Shown piece by piece: positions 20,236 to 29,285 of a stretch of DNA of 64,000 nt. The stretch is from positions 1 to 64,000 of IMG/VR virus record IMGVR_UViG_3300035156_000041, one strand, 5' to 3'. The notes beneath the pieces are model-generated. The model was not told the DNA's origin. It saw only the letters and a program-made list of their open reading frames with translations, and did no database searches. This stretch comes from a virus. Both the position numbers and the translations under genes were made by a program. Within the stretch, counting starts at the first letter, position 1; each line of letters begins with the position of its first letter.

Positions 20236-20700
20236 CGGGAGGGCTGGGAGGCTTATACGGCGAACTATAATGTACCGCGAGGCGAACGTCTGATTCTTAC
20301 TGTTCATCGACCTTCGGTACGTTGTGCCCACAAATATAGTCTTGTCTTGCTGCGCAAGCCGCTTTGCACGGTACATCGTAGAACCGAAGGCAAGGACAGC
20401 GAAGCTGGCCGCAGTCTTGAGCGTAGCGAAAGATTCTATGCCTTGGTCGTTTGAGTTACCGCTACGCTTCGCACGAGGCGTAAGCCGATGTGCTCACAGT
20501 GGAGACAGATAGCCGGTAGGCAGATAGAGAACAAGGGTGTTGCTGTTGTTCTTGACTTGCTTAGAGGAGCTTACACGCGTCTTTTAAATCTTCTTTTCTT
20601 TTTCTCTTTTCTTCTATTACTACGTTAGATGGCGGTATATCATGTATCGCGGCGCGGTATATCAACTACCGTATGGCGAATGTCTAGCCTTCGTAATGTG
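20236..20700. other. Candidate replication origin / single-strand initiation region
   Basis: Cluster of GCGNAGC-type mini-hairpins at 20352-20485; pyrimidine/AT tract at 20581-20616; GCGGTATATCA repeated at 20632 and 20654. Confidence 0.5.
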
Positions 20701-20817
20701 GCCGTCTAGTCATATCCTAAACGTATCACAGACCATCCTGTAACACTTATTTAAACCTTGCTTTTTAGCACACTTCATGCTATAATGGGTGTTGATAGAG
20801 CAAAACTAAGGCATATC

Positions 20818-21006
20818 ATGCAATACAACCTAAACACAGATGTCGCTATCTGGCTTGACGCTGTGAGGGGCAAACTCTCACGACAGCAGTATATCACAAT
20901 CGTTCTACGCCAGCAAATGCAACAGCAGTCTACTATTACCACTCAGGATATCTATGACCAAACTAACATCCGCAATGGAGCTATTGACGCTCTTTCACAA
21001 AACTGA
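20818..21006 (+). CDS. Ribbon-helix-helix (CopG-like) small regulator candidate
   Basis: Short beta-strand then ..WLD..RG.LSRQQYI..VL helix pattern; own promoter at 20758. Confidence 0.45.
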   Translation: MQYNLNTDVAIWLDAVRGKLSRQQYITIVLRQQMQQQSTITTQDIYDQTNIRNGAIDALSQN

Positions 21007-21580
21007 TTTCTCAGTTCTCAACACTACAGTTTACGCACATAAGCTGTTGTCTGTTCTCCTAACATTTGTCAACCATGATGTATCGCAAGGATACAAAGCA
21101 TGGCCCGCTACGGAGCTACTAATGCGCCGCACAGGGATGGGGAAAACTTCACTCTCAAAGTATCGCCAGGGTTTGCTAGATGCTAACCTGTTATTGCAGA
21201 TCGACCAGAATGCAGGGCCGGGGCGTAGTTGCGTCTATTACGTCAACGCGCCACTTATCAAGAGGCTTGCGGCTGAATCTGGTGCTACAGTGTCAGAACG
21301 TCCAGTGGGTGAGGCTGTATTGCCTCCTACTAGACCAGTTCACAAGCGTAACACAACAGGCTTGCTAAATCAGCCTGTAAAGCCTTTAATTGATGAGTTT
21401 GATATCGACCCATGGGCAATGCCTGAAGTCGTCTCTAAGGTGCCTCAAATAGAGGTTAAACAGGATTCTACAGCTAACGCCGACGGTAGCCCTATGTTCT
21501 TTAAGAATGGCATGCGCCGTTATACGTGGGCTGATGTGATGCCATCTATTCAGGAGGCTAGCCAAGATGAGCCGTTCTGA
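20954..21580 (+). CDS. Winged-HTH replication-initiator-like protein
   Basis: LL.VL......AWP..ELL..RTGMG..S....Q.L....LL...G.S..Y.V pattern typical of phage/plasmid Rep N-terminal domains. Confidence 0.65.
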   Translation: MTKLTSAMELLTLFHKTDFSVLNTTVYAHKLLSVLLTFVNHDVSQGYKAWPATELLMRRTGMGKTSLSKYRQGLLDANLLLQIDQNAGPGRSCVYYVNAPLIKRLAAESGATVSERPVGEAVLPPTRPVHKRNTTGLLNQPVKPLIDEFDIDPWAMPEVVSKVPQIEVKQDSTANADGSPMFFKNGMRRYTWADVMPSIQEASQDEPF

Positions 21581-22271
21581 AGTGCTGCACGAAGACTACT
21601 ATGTTTATTTGCACAGGCGCAATGACACAAACGAAGTTTTTTATGTTGGTAAGGGCAGGGGAAATAGAGCTTGGAACAAGTCCCATAGATCATTCTGGTG
21701 GCGAAGTATAGTTAATAAATGTGATTACACGGTGGAGATAGAGGAGAAATGTCTCTCCGAACAAAGTGCATTTGATCTTGAAATAGAGCTAATAAAGTTT
21801 TACAAAGAGAATAACCATCCTTTGTGCAACATGACTCTCGGTGGTGACGGGGCATCTGGTTGCATACGTAGTGCAGAAACATTAGCTAAGATGTCTGAAT
21901 CGAGGAAAAGATTCAATGTAAATAATCCCATAACAGAGGCTCAAAAAGAGCATATGAGTAAAATAAAGAAAGCACAATGGGCTGTGGAATCTGATAAACT
22001 GACCACGAGGAACATTATAGAGTGCTCTAACGGTATGGTGTTTACAGGAACAACGTCAGTAGTTGCATGGCTGAAATGTAATGGATACCCCACAGCAAAT
22101 ATGTCTGGTATAAGTAGGTGTTGTTCGGGTGTACAAGAAACCGCTTATAACCTTAAATGGTGGTACATAGGAGTAAATAATAGGGGAGTGGTCACCATGA
22201 TTAAGCAGCCTACACTGGAGGGTATTGTTATGAAGTGGTATCATGCACACAATAAGGAGGTAACAGTATGA
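21567..22271 (+). CDS. GIY-YIG homing endonuclease with NUMOD-type DNA-binding modules
   Basis: YYVYLH...FYVGKG...RA...LE..LI...LCN.T.GGDG; RSAETLAKMS; ISRCCSG...AY..KW. Confidence 0.85.
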   Translation: MSRSEVLHEDYYVYLHRRNDTNEVFYVGKGRGNRAWNKSHRSFWWRSIVNKCDYTVEIEEKCLSEQSAFDLEIELIKFYKENNHPLCNMTLGGDGASGCIRSAETLAKMSESRKRFNVNNPITEAQKEHMSKIKKAQWAVESDKLTTRNIIECSNGMVFTGTTSVVAWLKCNGYPTANMSGISRCCSGVQETAYNLKWWYIGVNNRGVVTMIKQPTLEGIVMKWYHAHNKEVTV

Positions 22272-22561
22272 GCAGGAATAAAAGCGACAAGGTGGTTATG
22301 GGGTGGTTATGCGGTGGACCTGGAGGTTGGGTTATGATTGACACTGAAACACTAGTAGAACAAAGCTTTGCTAACACGCCTAACGAAGTGTTAGACTTGG
22401 CGAAGAATTACTTCATGGCACACAAACCGGATGTGTTGATAGAGTATAACCAGTTTGAAGCAATGTTGGCACAGATTAGAGCATATGAAAAGGGTAACGA
22501 TTTTAAGGCAATTACTGACGAGGAACTTCTTGCCATGCTTTCCGATAGGAGTGACAAATGA
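22268..22561 (+). CDS. Hypothetical protein
   Basis: AAGGAGG RBS. Confidence 0.65.
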   Translation: MSRNKSDKVVMGWLCGGPGGWVMIDTETLVEQSFANTPNEVLDLAKNYFMAHKPDVLIEYNQFEAMLAQIRAYEKGNDFKAITDEELLAMLSDRSDK

Positions 22562-22788
22562 TTACAATATCCGTAGTAATAGCTATTAGTGGCTACACAG
22601 CATTCTACCTTGCTTCACAGTTTGCGGAGTGGGCAGGTAAGACAGCAGCACGTATGGAGCCTGACGGTGTGATGTTCGGTGCACACTTCTGTGTATCTTT
22701 AGTGGCTACTATTGTTGCTGTCATTGGTATACTGTTCGGATGGTTGGTGCTATGCGATATGTTGTTGAGATTGCATTTGTGTCTTTGA
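22558..22788 (+). CDS. Small two-helix membrane protein
   Basis: Two hydrophobic segments. Confidence 0.6.
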   Translation: MITISVVIAISGYTAFYLASQFAEWAGKTAARMEPDGVMFGAHFCVSLVATIVAVIGILFGWLVLCDMLLRLHLCL

Positions 22789-22882
22789 CCTTAAGCGAAG
22801 AAATTCCTTGCCAGGAGGATGATAAGGGGTTATGATGGTTTATAGCGGAGATGTTCCGGGGTTTACTAACAAAGGAACTAAC

Positions 22883-23074
22883 ATGTCAGATGAACAACTT
22901 CTAGCCGAACTAAAAGAGCACATTCTACAGCAAGGTTATGAAGCATTCCTAATGTGGGCTGTAGGCAGCGACGACGTAAGGACAGAGTACTGTGCAGCAA
23001 CAGGATTGTGGCCCTCTGAGGACATTGACAAGTTTATTGAATGGGTGACAGAGAATTACTGGGGAGATGAGTAA
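22883..23074 (+). CDS. Acidic hypothetical protein, paralogue of 12805-13002
   Basis: Shared FL.W....D..R.EY...F.EW.T..YWGDE pattern. Confidence 0.7.
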   Translation: MSDEQLLAELKEHILQQGYEAFLMWAVGSDDVRTEYCAATGLWPSEDIDKFIEWVTENYWGDE

Positions 23075-23223
23075 CACCCTCACGCCATAGCCCCATGCCA
23101 GAGGAATGTTAGAGGGGCCGAGCGGGGAATTCTGCAAATAATTGAAAATAGCGCTTGCGATGTGTTCTGTAACGTGAGATGATTACTACATCGAGCAGCA
23201 CTAACCAAACAGGAGCTTACATC

Positions 23224-25040
23224 ATGGCAATCAACAAAGAACTGAACATGAAGTTTATCAACGGCAAGCGTTATCGTTTTGAGCCTACCGTTGGCGAACT
23301 GGCTGATCTGGCACGCGTCCCTTACGTTGATTTGCTGTCGGCTGTGCTGGCCGATACGCTGGCCCCTGAAGTGTTGACAGGTGTGGTAGCTCAGGACAAA
23401 GCACGTCACGAAGCTAAGGAAGATGCTCGTATTGCTGATGTGAAACAGCGCCACGCTGATATCCGTAGCAAAGGCGTTTGTATGGAGCATAACCGCACAG
23501 TGTGGCATACGACTAACAGAGGTTGATAGGTGCCTCTTCGGAGGCTTTACAGGCCCATAACGGCCTTCTAACACATAAGGAGAGTAAGACATGCCAGACA
23601 TTACAGAGAACGCTTGTACAGCCTGTGACGGGCTTGGAGAAGTGCTGGTAAGCTATTCAGCCTATCCAGACGATGAGCCTCCTACGAAGAAATGTACAGA
23701 ATGCAATGGCACAGGAGAGGGAGACGTGCAGGAATACGTAATGGGAGCTTGGCGGGATGCTGCGAAGCGTGGGGAAAAGCTGGGAGGATGGATTGTTACG
23801 AAGGCTTAGATAGTGCTTGACAGAGTGTGCTAGATGGGTGATGATGGCTTATCAGCACAGCTTTTTTGTGGTTGACGAAGTAGAGGTATGGGAGAAGAGG
23901 TTGCTTTGAAGAATGTTCAAAATAAACCTAAATAAAGCTTGCACACTCCAAAAATAAGCGTAGAATAGAACTTGTTGGAGCAGCACTGCATAAGTTGACA
24001 GGAAACGCTGGATCATGCCAAGTAGAATCTGCCGGAGTCCCGCAGTGAGATGGATAAAGCGAAACGGTGATAAAGTCGGGCACCAAACAAAGTCGAATGT
24101 TCCCAGTGATGCCGAAACAGATAAAGTAGTTGACAGGGTAGGCAAGAGTGGTAAGATGTAGTCTCAGTACCGAACAACCCACACAAAGGAAAACATCATG
24201 GCAATCGCTCAAATCAAAGTAGCTCCTTTCCGCACCGTAGTGGCTCGTAAGGAAGTTTTCGGTGGTTATCATGTTCAAGCTCTTTATTGTGCTGCCCGTA
24301 GTGCCCCCTTTGAGTGGATTGGTCATCCTGCTGTGTTTGCTACTAAAGAGCGCGCAGAGGCTTTTATGGCTAAGATAGAAACGGCTCTGGTGGCTAAGAA
24401 AGGTTGTCTGAACATGCAAGCATGGGGTAACGGAGTAGCAGCCTACGGCGTAATCTGAGAATAAGCCTTTAGGGGCTTTTCTTTTGAGCTAAGCGTAGAG
24501 AACACTTGCATTGTGTGGCAGGTGTGCTATTATGTACTCAGTACCCCGACAAACCTAACAAAAGAAAATCATGTTCAACGCTACCGCTGCTAAATACCTT
24601 CGCTGGATTGCTACACAGAACGGCAGCATGGTGCAAGTGTTTGCGGCTAATGCTGAAGGTGGTTTCCTGAGCGTAGCTACTAAGCACTACGCTAACGACA
24701 CTATCACGGCAGAGGGTGTCAGTAAGGAAGAGGCAGTATGCGAAGCTTTAATTCAAGCTGGCCTGACGTTTGATGAATCCTTCGATCTGGCATTGTCGGC
24801 TAAGGTGGAGTGGCAGTAAGCACAGCCCGGGAGGGCTACTAACAAGGGGATTGCATGCACAGCGTGACATTGATAGATGAAGAAAACGACGTAATAGCAC
24901 TTGCACGTAAGCTTGATTGCATAGATGAGCTATGTTCTTTAGAGGACTACCACCCTGACTATGGTAAAGTGGTTCCATACTGGAAGCCTAGATGGTTCGC
25001 GTTAGCACTGTTCAAAGAGCTAAAGAGTAACAACACATAG
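23224..25040 (+). CDS. Small early ORFs (23224-23526, 23591-23809 with CxxCxGxG zinc-finger repeats, 24198-24458, 24571-24819, 24855-25040)
   Basis: RBSs and promoters; CTACDGLG and CTECNGTG repeats. Confidence 0.65.
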
Positions 25041-25051
25041 CAATACCATAG

Positions 25052-25072
25052 AGCGCCCTTAGAGGCGCTTTT
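25052..25072 (+). terminator. Intrinsic terminator ending the early rightward block
   Basis: AGCGCC-CTTAGA-GGCGCT + TTT. Confidence 0.7.
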
Positions 25073-25848
25073 ATTATATCTGTTACACATATACCAAATC
25101 CGCTGCACGATGGCCCTGTAGGGCTGCTATGGTTCGCCTATGAGGCCGTCTGTATGGTACTGCTACAGGGTGGGCTGTATAGGGCACAGTGCAAGGGGTC
25201 GCAGTAGGCTATCACCTGTGTGTGTAAGCCTGTGGATAATTATGCATAAGTACACCTGCTATGGTATGTAGTACACTATTGTATAGCGTGCTATCTATTA
25301 AGTAACAATCGATGCCTTCTTTCTTAGTTCACTATAATGGAATGCTGTGCAGTATAGTGGATAGTATTACTCCGTAGCAACCCCTATCAGTACCATCTAG
25401 CGATGTCTCCCAAGCAACCTTTCTTAGCAGTAATAGTGTGGAATAGTTGCTTGTGGGGCAATGAAAGGTGCTAGTGTGACAATGAATAGACACGTAGCAG
25501 CCACCTAGCAGCGCCATCGAGTAATACCCTACAACAGGCTGAGAGCTAGTATCCATGCGGGTTACAGCCTGGTAGGGCCATAGGCAGTCATGCGCCAGGG
25601 TGATAACGATATCTCTTAAGTGCCATCTCTGATCCGAATGACGGTGAGATTCGACCAGGCGTTAAAAAGCCCTAGGAGGCCGTAGGAGCGTCGAAGGGCT
25701 TAGAAGGTAGGGTGATGAGGGAAGGCTTGTGATTGTTCAATGGCGCTATATTTTAACGCAGGAAATGGGGGTGTTTTGTACCTTTTATCCAGTGTTTAAC
25801 TATGCAGGCGTGTATTAGCAAAACTGAGAAAGTAAACACCTAAATATG

Positions 25849-27015
25849 TTAGCTAGGTTCCCAGTGGATAAGTGCATCATAAGCCTTGTCGGAAATAAAA
25901 TTTTCATAAGATTTTGCAAGTTTTTTAACATAGTCCATACGATATTTCTTGTAAGCAAACTGTGCGTCTCCCTTGGTCGGGTATGTCCCTAAAAAAATTG
26001 GAAGATTTTCTGCTTGAAATTTCACATCAAACCCTTGACTAGTCTTGCGAACCACTGTAGAGTCACCTTTATTGATGATGGCATAGTTGATTACGTTAGG
26101 TACAAACACACAAGACTCAGCACAGTAGATTTTGCAGTTTGGGGAGAGTAAATCCTTCTCCAGTACGTAACCCATACCCCAACCGGGTTGCTGTACAGCC
26201 CAGTCGCAGAACTTTTGAGCATCTGAAAACTCATCTGAGATAGTCACACCGTTATATGTATTGTGAAACTTCTGAAAGCTGCCGTCTTTCTTAGCACGTT
26301 GAGTCACGTTGTTATGGAGCTTACCAAGCCGAGTCTGGATGAACTTATCTCCCATCTGGAATCTTAACACCCAGTTACCTTGACGATCCTTGAAATCAAT
26401 ATGCAAGACATTCTTACTTACTACAATATCTTCTGGAGAGAACTCCATAAGAGCGGCTGAGGCATTGTCCAAGCAAGCTTTAGTGTACTGCTCACGCGAC
26501 TCTTTAAAAGCTTCCCTAGAGGCAGCTAAGGCAGCCTTACGAGCCTCAAGACCTTCTCGGTACTCCTTCATTGCCTTGGCCCTAGCCTCACGCTTGATAC
26601 GAAACTTAGTCTGCTCTGCCTCGAACTTATCCTTTGCAATTTTATCAATACGTTTCCGCTCTGTCCGCTCGGTGTCCTTAATAGCTTTGTCTGTTACATA
26701 GCCACACAGTGCAGCATCTTTTTGGACAGTTGTAATATTTCCAGTGTCTTCAAAAATAATACTGACAGCCTTATTGTTCTTACATTCTAAAATTTTAAAA
26801 TTTCCGTAGGCGCTGGAACGCAGCGTCTCCCCTACAGAAAGTTCTCGACGTGCGCTTACGTTGCCACTTAGGAAGGCATTACCTGAGACAGTTTTAGTGT
26901 CGCCTGTATCCTCAAATTTTACGAGCAGCCTACCTCCACGATCACCTTTGTGAACTTCTAACACTTCCATCCAACCACAGTTTACACCCTCACTACGTTG
27001 TCCAATGGTAATCAT
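25849..27015 (-). CDS. HNH-type homing endonuclease with AP2-like C-terminal domain
   Basis: F..W...LEKDLL...KIY..ESCVFVP..IN nuclease motif; LGTY.T...A..AY AP2-like motif; own promoter TTGACA-17-TATACT at ~27045-27073. Confidence 0.75.
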   Translation of the reverse strand: MITIGQRSEGVNCGWMEVLEVHKGDRGGRLLVKFEDTGDTKTVSGNAFLSGNVSARRELSVGETLRSSAYGNFKILECKNNKAVSIIFEDTGNITTVQKDAALCGYVTDKAIKDTERTERKRIDKIAKDKFEAEQTKFRIKREARAKAMKEYREGLEARKAALAASREAFKESREQYTKACLDNASAALMEFSPEDIVVSKNVLHIDFKDRQGNWVLRFQMGDKFIQTRLGKLHNNVTQRAKKDGSFQKFHNTYNGVTISDEFSDAQKFCDWAVQQPGWGMGYVLEKDLLSPNCKIYCAESCVFVPNVINYAIINKGDSTVVRKTSQGFDVKFQAENLPIFLGTYPTKGDAQFAYKKYRMDYVKKLAKSYENFISDKAYDALIHWEPS

Positions 27016-27178
27016 GTTCTCTCCAGTTAAGTTATCTACTCTTTCAGTATACCACTAAACGTTCTGTTTGTCAAGTGTTATCTAGCTTATCCTAACACTT
27101 AAATATATCTCACAAACCTGTTGACACTTCTGAGACGGACATGTAAGATGTCTATATCGAATCCAACAGGAGCAACAG

Positions 27179-27826
27179 ATGTCTAAAGTATTCGGCTACA
27201 TGAGGGTTAGCCAGTCGTCCCAGACGGTAGAGAACCAGAAGATTGAACTCCTTGCCAGCCACATGACAATCACTGAGTGGTATGCAGATGAAGGCGTTAG
27301 TGGAAGCATCCCTCAAATGGAACGTAAGGGCTTTAGCGAGATGCGCCAAGCCATGTCAGAGGGCGACACACTGGTAGTAGCGAAGCTCGACAGATTGGGC
27401 CGTAACGCCTACGATGTAATGGGCACAGTGAATCACTTAAAGGAAGACGGCATCAAGATTGTTGTGCTCCAGCTTGGGCAGATGGACGTAACCTCCCCCG
27501 CAGGTAAGATGATGTTGACAATGCTTGCGGCTGTCGCTGAGATGGAGATGGACGTTCTGAAAGAGCGCATCCACGCAGGGCTGATCCGTGCTAAATCTGA
27601 AGGTGTTATTATGGGCGCTCCAAACAAGATTGACCCTGAGACGTTACAAGCAATGTGTAGTGACAAAGCATGTGGAGCCACACTAGACCAGATAGCTGCA
27701 AAGTATGACGTAGCTCGTGCCACAGCAGCACGTACCATCAGCCGTTGGAAGGACAACATCGAAGGCTACACATTCGAGTTCCATAGCAAGGCTCGGTACA
27801 CTGAAAAGAAACGTGCAGCACAATGA
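27179..27826 (+). CDS. Small serine recombinase (resolvase/invertase family)
   Basis: YMRVS catalytic motif, DEGVSG, GDTLVVAKLDRLGRN, C-terminal HTH; promoter TTGACA-17-TAAGAT at 27121. Confidence 0.93.
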   Translation: MSKVFGYMRVSQSSQTVENQKIELLASHMTITEWYADEGVSGSIPQMERKGFSEMRQAMSEGDTLVVAKLDRLGRNAYDVMGTVNHLKEDGIKIVVLQLGQMDVTSPAGKMMLTMLAAVAEMEMDVLKERIHAGLIRAKSEGVIMGAPNKIDPETLQAMCSDKACGATLDQIAAKYDVARATAARTISRWKDNIEGYTFEFHSKARYTEKKRAAQ

Positions 27827-27851
27827 GAAAAGCCCGCTTGCGCGGGCCTAT

Positions 27852-28367
27852 TCACGTGTACAACTGTGCCAATATTTCTTCCCTAGTATGCGTAACATCT
27901 TTACCATCCTCGTGACGCTGTAAAAATCCTTTGGGCAATGTAATCGTACAATCAACACCAAGTTTGACAGCAGCCCACCCTCCAGAAATATCCACACCTG
28001 TCTGTCCACCACTGATAATCTTTGAGATTGGATAATGTTTATGCACCAATCCCAGCATGGAGTAGACATACCAATTAATCTTGTCTTGATTGCAGCCATG
28101 CTTAACAACGGTATTTATACCGTTACCAGCGACGTTGATTACAGGATTCTCAATTTTGTGGACAACCCGCCACAGATTTCTGGCGTTGACAATTTCAGAG
28201 TCCTGAAGGTCTAGCTTCAAATATTTATCACCAGCCGCTTTGTGCGTCAGCCTCTCCCCAGCAGTATTGTAATCCACAGCAAGCGCAATGGTGACATCAG
28301 CGTCGGCTGCATTAGCCCAAGTACGAGGCGCATAGCTGGAGCTACTATGTTCTAGAATCTCAATCAT
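27852..28367 (-). CDS. SLOG-superfamily (YpsA/molybdenum-carrier-like) protein
   Basis: RT..N...D.T, INVAGN and KIISGGQTGVD motifs. Confidence 0.75.
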   Translation of the reverse strand: MIEILEHSSSSYAPRTWANAADADVTIALAVDYNTAGERLTHKAAGDKYLKLDLQDSEIVNARNLWRVVHKIENPVINVAGNGINTVVKHGCNQDKINWYVYSMLGLVHKHYPISKIISGGQTGVDISGGWAAVKLGVDCTITLPKGFLQRHEDGKDVTHTREEILAQLYT

Positions 28368-28772
28368 TTATCTTCCTTCTCAGTCAGCCACCTAAACCCA
28401 CCACTATCCATAAACTCCTTCCAAGACTGCTCAGCACGAGCTTCCTCAGCTTTCCTCAAAGGGTTGTTATCCATGTCACCTTGTAAGCCTCTGGCCCTCA
28501 TCTCACAAGGGCAGTAAGGCTCTCCGTACATTGATCCCATACAGGCACATGCGTATGTCATTTCAGTCTCCATAACATGTCAAGTCTTCCTCGAAAGCCT
28601 GTTCTGGCGTATGCCCAACATGGTAATAATTCTTCCAGTGCTCTCTGTCCAAAGTACCCATCTCTGTAATCTCCAGAAACTTATTCTTGAACATGTGAAA
28701 ATAAACTTGCATCATCCACGAGTCAAACATTGTAAGGCCCACTGTAGGGAAATCCTCGTTATCGTCAATCAT
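28364..28772 (-). CDS. Two small hypothetical proteins (28364-28573 Cys-rich; 28563-28772)
   Basis: Coupled ORFs; CACMG...EPYCPC.M motif. Confidence 0.6.
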
Positions 28773-29285
28773 TGATCCTCCCCTTTCCACTCACCAACAT
28801 GGCATAGCCAATCCTTCATAACCTTGTATTCAAGATAACAAGGAACATTACAACGTGTGCTAAAATAATGCCGAAGCTCATTAAAGAGTTGTTGGCGCTC
28901 TAGCTCCTCCACTGATTTAGGCTCTTTCATCACAGCCTCCAAGTATTGTCAACATCTGGCACAAATGTCATAGCTACTGTTAATCCTCCTATATTTTGTT
29001 CACGGTAACGCACGAGCCAGCCTCCAGGTACTCGTGTACGTTCTGTGCAATTGTCAATATGTTGCCAAATTAGTGTGCTCATTGTGAAGCCTTAATAGTG
29101 TAGTAAATCATTGTAGCTACAAGTATTCCTGAAATAGCTAAAAAGATGTGAGGGGTTAAAAATAAGATTGGCATGACAACTGTTCCAACAAGCCCGTAGG
29201 GTGTCACGCGCCAGCGATAACATCTGCACATACAACCTCCAATTAGTAAAGCCCACAAGCCTTGTGAGCTAATGGGCTTAGTGTA

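Larger units (their letters stand above)
7642..24533 (+). promoter_or_regulatory. Array of ~19 rightward sigma70-type early promoters
   Basis: TTG(A/C/T)NN-16 to 18-(T/G/C/A)ANNNT with -35 at 7642, 7916, 8645, 10191, 15456, 16299, 16856, 17561, 18000, 18730, 18985, 19249, 19615, 22808, 23155, 23817, 23939, 24130, 24506; most preceded by A-rich UP-like tracts and followed by A/C-rich leaders and strong RBSs. Confidence 0.75.

Noticed and set aside
15113-23790. Recurrent GCTGGGAGG as a Chi-like motif
   Set aside because: Only about three copies noticed, in mixed orientation; enrichment cannot be supported without counting
23970-24125. Hammerhead ribozyme suggested by CGAAAC motifs
   Set aside because: No CUGANGA core found at a compatible position
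25849-27826. IS607/TnpB (OMEGA) element
   Set aside because: The nuclease lacks RuvC/TnpB motifs, the recombinase has a C-terminal rather than N-terminal HTH, and the genes are divergent
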